The notes under the pieces were generated by a model. That model saw only the letters and a program-made list of their open reading frames with translations, was not told the DNA's origin and made no database searches. Position numbers and translations under genes: made by a program. This document shows positions 20,576 to 29,234 of a DNA stretch of 36,934 bases, piece by piece (within the stretch, counting starts at the first letter, position 1; each line of letters starts with the position of its first letter). Origin of the DNA: Polyangiales bacterium (GTDB lineage Bacteria > Myxococcota_A > Polyangia > Polyangiales > Houyiibacteriaceae); NCBI GenBank assembly GCA_045106895.1, contig JBGCFM010000199.1, positions 1 to 36,934 on the forward strand, written 5' to 3'.

Positions 20576-22120
20576 ATGGCGAAGGAAAGCAGCGCCGAGC
20601 TAAACCCCGCACTGGCGGTCACGGAAGCGGGCCTCGGCGAGGGAGTCGAAGGCTGGAGCTCGCAGCCGGCCCCGATCGTCGTGCCCTTCGACGCGGACGC
20701 TGAGATCCAAGAGGACCCTCTCATCGGTCGTGTCTTGAGCGGACTCTACCGGGTCACCGGGCGTATTGGCGAAGGCGGGATGGGCACCGTTTACAACGCC
20801 CTCCACGTACACCTCAACAAGCCCTTCGCCGTGAAGGTCCTCGCCGAACGAATCGCCAAGAACCAAGACGCAGTGGAACGGCTCCGCCAAGAAGCACAAG
20901 CGGCGAGCAGCATCGACCACGACAACATCGTCGACGTTGTCAGCTTCGACGCGACGCCTGATGGACGCGTGTACTTGGTCATGGAGCTCCTCGATGGAAC
21001 GAGCCTCGGTGACCTCGTCGAACGCGGACCCATGGACCTAGAGCGGGCACTTCCAATCCACTACCAGCTCTGCGACGCCATCGGAGCCGCTCACGACAAC
21101 GGGATCGTTCACCGAGATCTCAAGCCCGACAACGTCTTCATCGTTCGCAAAGCGGAGGCTGACTTTGTGAAGGTCCTCGACTTCGGGATCTCCAAGGTAA
21201 AGTCGAACGAAGCTGAGCAGGTTCGTATGACCAAGACCGGTCAGCTGATGGGCACGCCACTCTATATGTCGCCGGAGCAGGCGAAGGGAGAGATGAGCGT
21301 CGACCATCGCGCGGACATTTACTCCATGGGCGTCATGCTCTACGAGATGCTTGCCGGGCGGCCTCCCTTCGAAGGCGGAAACTACTTTCAGCTCCTGTGG
21401 AAACACGGCAACGAAGTGCCGCTCCCGCTCAACGAGGTTCGTACGTCGATCCCGGCGACGGTCAGCGATGCCGTGATGCGCAGCTTGGCGAAAGACCCCG
21501 CTGACCGCTTTCAATCGACGGCGCAGTTTCGCGCAGCCCTCGTCGGTGCGGCGCCATCCATCATGACGTCGCCGGAGCGGCTCGTGTCTCTCCCACCGCC
21601 TGTCGCGCGAGCGTCTGCACCACCCCCGCCGCCGGCGTCGAGCAAAACCCCGTGGGCTATTGCGGCTCTCTGCTTGGTCTTCGCCATGGGGGGAGTCTCG
21701 GCGGCGCTCATGCAGGGTGAGCCCGACAGCCCTGAGGTAGAGGTCGTCACCTCTGGGCAACCCACGCAGGAGCCTCAACCCGAAGCCAACGCGCCGGAGG
21801 TCGATCCGGAGATCGAAGTGTCCCCAGAGGTCGGCAGCCTTCCTACCGCCGAGGTGGCGCCTCAGCTCGTCGAGGTCCGCTTCGAATCCGAGCCTTCCGG
21901 CGCCCGCGTATCCCGTTCGGACACCGGCGAAGAGCTTGGTCGGACGCCCTTTGCCCTCGACATCGTCGAGGGGGATACCTTCGAAGTTACTTTCCGGCGG
22001 CCGCGGCACCGCAGCCAACGCGTCGAGGTCGTCGTCGAAGAAGGCGCTCTCGTTCGGCGAACGCTGCGTCCCGCTCCAGCCCTCATGAGTGACATTCCAA
22101 TGGGCCGCTCCACGCTTTGA
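20576..22120 (+). CDS. Hanks-type Ser/Thr protein kinase with TM helix and C-terminal PEGA domain (514 aa)
   Basis: IGEGGMGTVY, AVKVL, HRDLKPDN, DFG, GTPLYMSPEQ, DIYSMG; Pro-rich linker; TM helix; FESEPSGA.V....LGRTP (PEGA). Confidence 0.95.
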   Translation: MAKESSAELNPALAVTEAGLGEGVEGWSSQPAPIVVPFDADAEIQEDPLIGRVLSGLYRVTGRIGEGGMGTVYNALHVHLNKPFAVKVLAERIAKNQDAVERLRQEAQAASSIDHDNIVDVVSFDATPDGRVYLVMELLDGTSLGDLVERGPMDLERALPIHYQLCDAIGAAHDNGIVHRDLKPDNVFIVRKAEADFVKVLDFGISKVKSNEAEQVRMTKTGQLMGTPLYMSPEQAKGEMSVDHRADIYSMGVMLYEMLAGRPPFEGGNYFQLLWKHGNEVPLPLNEVRTSIPATVSDAVMRSLAKDPADRFQSTAQFRAALVGAAPSIMTSPERLVSLPPPVARASAPPPPPASSKTPWAIAALCLVFAMGGVSAALMQGEPDSPEVEVVTSGQPTQEPQPEANAPEVDPEIEVSPEVGSLPTAEVAPQLVEVRFESEPSGARVSRSDTGEELGRTPFALDIVEGDTFEVTFRRPRHRSQRVEVVVEEGALVRRTLRPAPALMSDIPMGRSTL

Positions 22121-22257
22121 GCGCAGGGAAGTCCATGTTTTTGTGGGCGGCAACTCTTCGAAACCATTGAAAAAGCTGTTCCAGCGCGGCGAAAGTCGCC
22201 TAGCTCTGATTTTGCGATAAGCTGCTCGGAGACGTCCGCGTCTCTTAGGTCTTATCC

Positions 22258-23607
22258 ATGCTTCGCATTCTTACGTTTCTTTTGAGTCTCTCCCTAGTGG
22301 TGGTGCTCGGCACTCCAGCTCTCGCCCAGAGCGGCGCCGAGAACGCGGAGGCTGGTCGTCACTTCGAACGCGGAAACGCGGCGCTGGCGCGAGCGCGCCG
22401 AGCGCGCGGGGCTCGACAAACCCGCTACCTCGAAGAGGCGCTCGCGGCCTACATCGACACCATTGCCATCGTTCGAAGTCGCAACGCGCTCTTCAACGCA
22501 GGACTCGTGCTCGAGCAGCTCGAGCGAGGCGCCGAGGCCTTCACGTATTTCCAGGAGTACATGCAAGTCCCAGGGCTTGCCGACGACGAGCGCGCGGACG
22601 GGCAGACCCATCTGGATGCACTTCGTCCGTCGCTGGCGCTGACCGCCATCACGTCGGAACCGGCGGGCGCGACGGTGTACATCGACCGCGTCGATCTCGC
22701 GTCCCGAGGGACCACTCCACTCGAGGTGGCGCTGACGCCGGGCGAACACCGTGTCTTTTTGCGCATGGAGCACTATCAGGATCTCGAGCGCAGCTTCGAG
22801 GCGGTGACCGGTGAGCGCATCGCCCTTGACCTGCCGCTTGAAGCAAATGAGGTCGAGGTGGTCTTCGAGCTTGCCGGAGGCGCAGGCGTCCAGCTGGAAG
22901 TCGACGGCACCATCACGAGCGCCATGCGGCATTTGCTAGCGCCCGGTCCTCACGTCGCGCGTCTACTCAGCGCGTCACGGCAGCCCGTCGAACAGCGTTT
23001 TGTGGTGCGTCCGGGTGAAGCGCTGCGCCTTCGGATGGATGCCGCCGGCGCTGCAGCGCTGAACGGCACCATCGTCGTCATGTCCGAGGCCGGCGCCAAC
23101 GTAGCCATCGACGGGTTGAGCGTAGGCGAGGGCGAAGAAGTACATCACGCGGCGGCACCGGGGCAGCACGTCGTTCGCGTCGAAGCACCCGGTCGAAGCG
23201 CCTACGAGCAGATGGTCAGCGTCGGCGCCGGTCAGACCATTCGTGTCGACGTCCAACTCGGCCGCGTGAGCGGGCGTCCCCTCGGTGCGCTCCCGCATAT
23301 CGCGCTCGGTGTCACCGGCGCTGCGGCCATCGGCTTTGGCGTCCTCGCAGCGGTCGCTCGCCGCGAAAACAACACCTTCGAAGACTCGTGTCCAGCCAAC
23401 GGGCAGGCGGAGTGCAACGTCCTCGCCGACAATGTCGACAGCGCTAACGTGCGCGCGGACATCGTCCTCGGCGTCGCGAGCGCGCTCGCCCTCACGACCA
23501 TTCTTTTCTACGTCTTCAACCGCAAGCACGAGGAGCCCTCGCAGGGTCAGGTCGACGTCGTCGCCGACGGTCAAAGTGGCGCGCTCTACTACACGGGGAG
23601 CTTCTAA
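22258..23607 (+). CDS. Secreted TPR-like and multi-PEGA domain protein with C-terminal hydrophobic helices
   Basis: Signal peptide ending ALA-Q; TPR-like AGRHFERG...ALFNAGLVLEQL...AFTYFQEY; PEGA ITSEPAGATVYID...GTTPL...PGEHRV (about three copies); two C-terminal hydrophobic helices flanking a Cys pair; ends YYTGSF. Confidence 0.85.
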   Translation: MLRILTFLLSLSLVVVLGTPALAQSGAENAEAGRHFERGNAALARARRARGARQTRYLEEALAAYIDTIAIVRSRNALFNAGLVLEQLERGAEAFTYFQEYMQVPGLADDERADGQTHLDALRPSLALTAITSEPAGATVYIDRVDLASRGTTPLEVALTPGEHRVFLRMEHYQDLERSFEAVTGERIALDLPLEANEVEVVFELAGGAGVQLEVDGTITSAMRHLLAPGPHVARLLSASRQPVEQRFVVRPGEALRLRMDAAGAAALNGTIVVMSEAGANVAIDGLSVGEGEEVHHAAAPGQHVVRVEAPGRSAYEQMVSVGAGQTIRVDVQLGRVSGRPLGALPHIALGVTGAAAIGFGVLAAVARRENNTFEDSCPANGQAECNVLADNVDSANVRADIVLGVASALALTTILFYVFNRKHEEPSQGQVDVVADGQSGALYYTGSF

Positions 23608-25508
23608 TGCGTTCGAACTCTACGCTTACGTTCCTCACGCTTTTCGCCGTTCTTCTCAGCGGCTGCAGCCTGCTGAACGCACCCGACCGTGACCAGATCA
23701 TCCAGGATGGCGGACCCGCCGACATGCGAATCGCAGACGCGGGACCCGACGCCGACGTTCCGACGGATGCCTTCGATGCGGGGCCTGAACTCGTCGAAGT
23801 GTGTGGAGACCTAGAACAGGAAGACGAGGACGGTAACGGTCTCAGCAACTGCGCGGACTTTGCGTGCGTGGGTTTCGCCGGATGCTGTTCTATGGGAACG
23901 CGAGAGCCCGTCAACTTCCTCTTGGAGGCGGCATGGACGACAAGCGGCGCGGTCCAGACTCGGACGATGCCGAACGACGTTGTGTTTCCCGACGGACTTG
24001 GAACCTACATGAATACGAACTGCGCGCCGCTGGCGCAGGGCGGCGTGTTCGAGGTCGACATCGAACAAGACGTTGCTCAAACGACGAACTGCGACTTTGA
24101 CCACGAACGTTGCGATGAGTTTGCGTCGGTCGTGCTTTCGTCTGTGACCGTCGCCGCGTCTGATTCGCCGATCGTTGCAGAGATGGGCGTCCGCCTCTAT
24201 GCATCCGGCCGTGCCGAACTCTACCGTGGACGCGACGACCCGGATGATGTCATCAGCGAACTCGACTTCGATTTTACGCCGCAACCCATCACAGTCATCT
24301 TCCAGGTGACCCCCGATGTTGTGGATGGCGTTGGGGTCCTTCGCGCCGAAGCGACGATACGGGTTAATAGTATGGAGGTTACACTCCCTGAGACTGGTGT
24401 GATTCCTCAAAGCGACCTCCTTCGCGAGTGTGGGGATGGCGCCGGAATCAGCGGGCTCTACTTTGGTGTCGAAGGTCGCGGTAGCCGACTTTCCGTCGAG
24501 AATAACGGTGCTTCTCGGCGCCCGTTGGCGTGTACAAATCCAACGCAGTTTCAAGACACCGTTCTGCGCCCCCTGGTCGCGAGCGACGCGGACTCATCCC
24601 AACAGAGCTTGGACTGGCGCCGAGACGACTGGAGCCTCGCAGATGTGACGCACCCTGAGCTGGTGCGTGAGGAAGTCGGCGAACCACCTACGAGCGTCTG
24701 GCACGTCTTTGGAAGCACGGCTTCGAGGCAACTCGAATTTTCAGCGCTGCCTGACTTTCCATGGACGACGGCGCATTCGACCACTCTCGTGTGGAACGGC
24801 ATGTGGACGGCACAAGAAACACCCTTCCGGCTCGACGACGCCCGAGAGCCGACGGCCGTCGACGACGGGACAGACCTGGTTTTCGTCGCCATCGTCGATG
24901 AAGTGCTGAGTTACTGCACGCTGGGTGTGTGCACACCGATTCCCATCGGCGAGTGTACAGAACCTGCAAACCCCAGCCTCGTCATCACCGAAGATTCAAA
25001 CTACGTTCTCTTCTTCCAGTGCACCGACCCAGTGAATGGGACGGTGGTGCGGGGTCAGGCTCTCAGCCCGCGCCTTCTGCCGAACGGGCTACCCTTCGAG
25101 GTGTTGAGGGCGAGCGACTTCGGAAGCCTCGCTCGAAGCGCCATCATCGACTTTGATGTCCTCCTCGACAGCCGAAATGCGACCGAGCACCTCGTGCGGG
25201 CGTGGTTCGTAGGCGAGGCGTTGGGGAATGTTCGGACCCTTCTTCTTGCGACCGGCACCATCAAGCTCACTGACGATCCTGAACTCACGACCCTCGCCGC
25301 CGGCTTCTCTCTCGTTCCGTATCCAGCAAACCCCATCGCCACCGAGAACGTCCTCTTCCGCGATCCCGACCAGAGTCTTCAAGGCGTGAGCGTTGAGCAC
25401 ACCGGAGATCCCCAAAACCTACGTTTTCTCTTCGGTCGGCGTACGGAACGCCCCGAGGGGCGCCTTTACGATTTCGTTCCGGTCGAGCAAACGTGGGGGA
25501 CCCTGTGA
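23607..25508 (+). CDS. Lipoprotein paralog 1: Cys/Asp-rich motif, beta-sandwich, propeller-like C-terminus
   Basis: Lipobox LSGC; EVCGD..EDEDGNGLSNCADFAC....CC; blade-start motifs HPELV, EPTAV, NPSLV. TAATG overlap with the PEGA gene. Confidence 0.75.
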   Translation: MRSNSTLTFLTLFAVLLSGCSLLNAPDRDQIIQDGGPADMRIADAGPDADVPTDAFDAGPELVEVCGDLEQEDEDGNGLSNCADFACVGFAGCCSMGTREPVNFLLEAAWTTSGAVQTRTMPNDVVFPDGLGTYMNTNCAPLAQGGVFEVDIEQDVAQTTNCDFDHERCDEFASVVLSSVTVAASDSPIVAEMGVRLYASGRAELYRGRDDPDDVISELDFDFTPQPITVIFQVTPDVVDGVGVLRAEATIRVNSMEVTLPETGVIPQSDLLRECGDGAGISGLYFGVEGRGSRLSVENNGASRRPLACTNPTQFQDTVLRPLVASDADSSQQSLDWRRDDWSLADVTHPELVREEVGEPPTSVWHVFGSTASRQLEFSALPDFPWTTAHSTTLVWNGMWTAQETPFRLDDAREPTAVDDGTDLVFVAIVDEVLSYCTLGVCTPIPIGECTEPANPSLVITEDSNYVLFFQCTDPVNGTVVRGQALSPRLLPNGLPFEVLRASDFGSLARSAIIDFDVLLDSRNATEHLVRAWFVGEALGNVRTLLLATGTIKLTDDPELTTLAAGFSLVPYPANPIATENVLFRDPDQSLQGVSVEHTGDPQNLRFLFGRRTERPEGRLYDFVPVEQTWGTL

Positions 25509-25629
25509 TGCGATGGCACGAAGTGGCGCAGGCTAGGCGTTCTTGTGCCCCATACGGCGACGAAATACACGCTTAATGGCTCTCTTGGCGTTGGTATAGA
25601 TCGTGAAACACCTAAGTTCGGTTCCTCTC

Positions 25630-27369
25630 ATGTCTCACTCCATCAAACGTCTCGGACTCCTTGGTTTCACTCTCTCGATAGCCGCGTTTCCGGCCCTCCT
25701 GGGTTGCAGCGCGCAAGACGCCGGGGCGCTGGATGCGGACGCGGACGCGGACACCGGCGGCTTGGGCGACGCTTCAGTCGACGCAGGCGCCTCCGTCGAC
25801 GGTGGCGTTGTGCCGGCGGTGCCCGGCGAAGACGACGGTCTGTGGCTGGGCAGCGCGCGCGGAAACGAGACGAACAACGACATGTCGTTCGATGCGGATA
25901 CATGTTTCGACGGCCTCGACAACGACGACGAAGGCGACGGCGCCGACTGCAACGACGCTCAGTGTCAGGTCTTCCCAAGCTGTTGTGCCAACGAAGCGGA
26001 ATGCGTGGCTGACTCCACACTGCTCATCGACAACAACTACGAAGGCTGCAGCAATGCTGTGTGTGGCGAAGACTTCGTGATCTTCGGCGGGCCCTTCGAA
26101 CCGGTCCTCGATGACGGCTCCCTCGCCCTCCAAGGCGACTCCTTCTACGACACCGGTCTGTACGGGGGCGAGACGATGAACCTCCGTCACCAGCGCATCG
26201 ATATTGCGGTGGAGTTTCGACTCGGTGATTGCGCGGACTGTCGTGAGACAGCAGCGGTCGCTCTCACATCGCAGACCGTGCCAACCGAAAATACGTTCAT
26301 TCAGCCCCTCGTCGGGCTTCGTGCGTTGGCCGGCACCGACGGCACAGACGCTGAGGTTCAGTTCATCGTTCATGACCGCGTTGTTCGGACGTTTCCGGCC
26401 ACCGAAGGTGCGTGGACACTGAGCATCCGCCCGGACGGTCAGGTCGAAGTCCAGCATGGCACCGAGACGTTCCGTCGGGAGTTTGTTCCCGTCGCCGGCG
26501 CCCACCTGGCTCTTTATGGGCACAGCACCAACCCGGGCGTCGACGTGGTCGGTGCACGCATCGAGAGCCTCAAGGTTGAGCGTTACGTCGTGGACCGCGT
26601 CGACGCGTGGAGCCCGGCGCGTTCGTTGGAGCTTCCCGGTGGTCGAGTGAGCGTCGCGCGCCTTGGCGGCGTGGACTACCTGGCCATCAACGACGCCCTC
26701 TCCGAAAATGTTCACGGCGTCCGCTTCCACCTGGCGAGCGATGGGTCTGTGCTCAACTGGCTCTTCGAAAGTGACTGGGAGGCCCGTGACTACAGCATCG
26801 CCCAGCTCGGTGAATCGATCTACGTGTGCGCCATCAACGCGGACGGCCACCTGATTCGCGGCCTCGTGAATCTTGAAGACTCGGAGGTCGGCGCGCCCGA
26901 GTTCGTGTTGAATCCCAACGACCTTGAGTGGGACGACATGGCAAACCCCGTGGTCATACAGACGTCGACGAGCACCATTGTGGTCGCGGAAGTCGACGGC
27001 GCGCTGGACGCTGCGTTTCTTCGGGGCGTAACCTGGGTCGCCCTTGGTTCGCTGCCCCCTTTGACGCGCGGCGCGCGTGAGCCCTCCCTCGTGGCACACG
27101 ACAACGTATACTGGCTTCACTACACGGCTCAGAGCGGTACGCGTGAACGCGTTCGCGCGATGGTGAGCGACCAGATGTTTTACTGGCGCGAGCTTGGAGA
27201 TGCGCTTGTCGGAAGCGGAGAGCCAGGCAGTGTAGACCGTTTCTCGGTGGCAAGCCCCGCCGTCGTTTCCGACGGTGACTCCCTTCGAATGTACATGAGC
27301 GCGGATGATCACGTACTTCGTCGTCTCGCGGTGGTGGAACGTTTCTCTCCGATGGGGCGCGCACGATGA
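25630..27369 (+). CDS. Lipoprotein paralog 2 (alternative GTG start at 25603)
   Basis: Lipobox LLGC; CFDGLDNDDEGDGADCNDAQC....CC; GDSFYDTGL; LYGHSTNPG; NPVVI, EPSLV, SPAVV; MVSDQMFYW. Confidence 0.75.
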   Translation: MSHSIKRLGLLGFTLSIAAFPALLGCSAQDAGALDADADADTGGLGDASVDAGASVDGGVVPAVPGEDDGLWLGSARGNETNNDMSFDADTCFDGLDNDDEGDGADCNDAQCQVFPSCCANEAECVADSTLLIDNNYEGCSNAVCGEDFVIFGGPFEPVLDDGSLALQGDSFYDTGLYGGETMNLRHQRIDIAVEFRLGDCADCRETAAVALTSQTVPTENTFIQPLVGLRALAGTDGTDAEVQFIVHDRVVRTFPATEGAWTLSIRPDGQVEVQHGTETFRREFVPVAGAHLALYGHSTNPGVDVVGARIESLKVERYVVDRVDAWSPARSLELPGGRVSVARLGGVDYLAINDALSENVHGVRFHLASDGSVLNWLFESDWEARDYSIAQLGESIYVCAINADGHLIRGLVNLEDSEVGAPEFVLNPNDLEWDDMANPVVIQTSTSTIVVAEVDGALDAAFLRGVTWVALGSLPPLTRGAREPSLVAHDNVYWLHYTAQSGTRERVRAMVSDQMFYWRELGDALVGSGEPGSVDRFSVASPAVVSDGDSLRMYMSADDHVLRRLAVVERFSPMGRAR

Positions 27370-29126
27370 TGCTCCGAATGCTCGTCGTGATGGCGTTCCT
27401 TGTGGGCGCGTGCGGTGATGATGACGATAGACTTAGCGCTGTCGGAGACGGGGGCGATGCCGACCGTCCCCCCGGCGCCGACTCCGGAACGGATACCGGA
27501 CGAGAGGCGCCGGAGGACCAGGGCCTCTTCGCGACCCCTGGAGCCATGACCAACCCTGACCCCGACGACAACGGCGCGAGGTGCGTGGAAGCGGAAGAAG
27601 ATGCACGGGGCGCGCCGCTTGGGTGTGAGGATACCGGGTGTCGTCAACGGAGCCACGCATGCTGCGTAGGTCGGGCGGAGTGTTGCACCGGTAGCGCCGA
27701 GGTCCTCGACTACCCTTTTGAGACCTGCACTTCCGACTGCGTCGAAGGGTTGCTCTTTGGCAGCCCTTTGCCGACGCTCGTCAACGGTTTCTCGCCGGGC
27801 GGTGATGCCGAGTTCGATAGCGGGGTGGTCTTGGACCAGCGCCTCGATCTCCGCGGTGAGAGGGTCACGTTGGAGGCCGACTTTGTCGTCCCTTCAACGT
27901 CGTGCGTGGGCGTGAACTGCTTTCAGACCGTAGGCGTGTCCGTCGCGCGAAATTCACCCGATGGCGCAAACGCACACGTACGCACCATCGCCGGTCTCCT
28001 GTGGTCGGGCGGCAGCATGTATCTCATCGTGGGTGAACGCAGCATCGCAAGCTGGACGGCAGAGTCCGGCGGCGTCTGGAGTCTCACGCTCAACGCGGAC
28101 GGAGACGTGAACGTTCAGAACGCCGGCAGCGGTGTCAACGAGACCTTCGACGTCGCGATCCTCGCAAGCGAAGCTTACGTTGTTCTCTACGGACACAATG
28201 TGAACCCAGGAGGCGGCGAAGAGAGCGCGCAGCTACGCTCGCTGAACATCTCACGCAGCCAGTGCGAGATGACTCGTCAGTGGAGCCAGCGAAGCGCCGT
28301 CGAGGTGGGCTCTGGTGTCACTCAACAACTGATGGGGGCCACCTCACCGACCACCCTCCGTGGCCTGGCACATCTGGACATCGCGTATCTGCGGGAGGGG
28401 CGCCTCGTGACCACGTTCCGAGGTAGCGACGATACGCCGAGCCTGTGGGTCGACGGAGACGACACCACCAACGCGCTCATCGATGCCACCGGGCCCATCG
28501 CGGGACCGGAGCTCGCCAACGAAAACGGACAGACCGTTCTCTACTACGAAGTCGAGGGTCAGATCTTTCGGGCTGAAGCCGTCGAAGATGAGCGCCTTCG
28601 CTTCAGCGGTGGTGCCCGGGTTGCAGACATCGCGGTGAGTGGCGCGACGCTACACGGGCCGACCATCGTGTCTCGAGGTGAGGCGCTCGAGAGTGTTATC
28701 GTGGTGCGCGCGGAGTACCCAGAGCAACGCTCGTCGCTCGTCGCGTTCTCCCTGAGCGTCGATGGCTCCGTCGCTTCGGCACAGCTACGCGACCTCCTCC
28801 CGACGGGTGCCCTCGGCGAAGAGTTAGGCGACCCAGAGCTCTTCATTCGAAACCGTCTCTACCAGCTCTACGTGCCTTACCGACGGGGAACGCGCTGGCG
28901 CCTCGCCCACATGACGAGCGCGGACCTTGTTTTCTGGACCATCGCCGACGAGGTGGCCCTCGAGTCGGACGGCCCGGAAGAGCTCTTTGGCCCACGCGCT
29001 CCCAGCGTCGGTGTATCCGAGGCAGGCGTGGAGCTGTTTTATGAGCGTTTCGACGGTTCCGAACAGTCGCTAGGCCGTGTTTTTCGGCGAACACCAGCGA
29101 TCGCGGACCTTCAGAGCGGGATCTAG
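27366..29126 (+). CDS. Lipoprotein paralog 3
   Basis: Lipobox VGAC; C.....D......GCEDTGC......CC; GDAEFDSGV; LYGHNVNPG; five blade motifs SPTTL, GPELA, GPTIV, DPELF, APSV; TSADLVFW. ATGA overlap with paralog 2. Confidence 0.78.
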   Translation: MMLRMLVVMAFLVGACGDDDDRLSAVGDGGDADRPPGADSGTDTGREAPEDQGLFATPGAMTNPDPDDNGARCVEAEEDARGAPLGCEDTGCRQRSHACCVGRAECCTGSAEVLDYPFETCTSDCVEGLLFGSPLPTLVNGFSPGGDAEFDSGVVLDQRLDLRGERVTLEADFVVPSTSCVGVNCFQTVGVSVARNSPDGANAHVRTIAGLLWSGGSMYLIVGERSIASWTAESGGVWSLTLNADGDVNVQNAGSGVNETFDVAILASEAYVVLYGHNVNPGGGEESAQLRSLNISRSQCEMTRQWSQRSAVEVGSGVTQQLMGATSPTTLRGLAHLDIAYLREGRLVTTFRGSDDTPSLWVDGDDTTNALIDATGPIAGPELANENGQTVLYYEVEGQIFRAEAVEDERLRFSGGARVADIAVSGATLHGPTIVSRGEALESVIVVRAEYPEQRSSLVAFSLSVDGSVASAQLRDLLPTGALGEELGDPELFIRNRLYQLYVPYRRGTRWRLAHMTSADLVFWTIADEVALESDGPEELFGPRAPSVGVSEAGVELFYERFDGSEQSLGRVFRRTPAIADLQSGI

Positions 29127-29199
29127 AGGCTGCTCTCTCGTCAGCACCGTTCAGCCCTGCGCCCGCCCGGCTACATTTCTGAATCGGACCTCGCCTGAC

Positions 29200-29227
29200 T
29201 CGACGATTCGGCGTTACCTGGTAGCGT
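29200..29227 (+). promoter_or_regulatory. Putative sigma70 promoter for a leaderless transcript of the peptidase gene
   Basis: TCGACG-N16-TAGCGT (preceded by TGG)-N7-ATG(29235), with no Shine-Dalgarno. Confidence 0.5.
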
Positions 29228-29234
29228 CCCCGCC

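Noticed and set aside
20503..20724. 74-aa N-terminal extension of the small lipoprotein (157-aa ORF) and the alternative 84-aa ORF 20259-20513
   Set aside because: The extension overlaps the divergent kinase gene and would bury the signal peptide. The alternative frame has no recognisable features.
25514..25530. TGGCACG resembling a sigma54 -24 element before lipoprotein paralog 2
   Set aside because: The GC dinucleotide is not at the required GG-N10-GC spacing and there is no TTGC.
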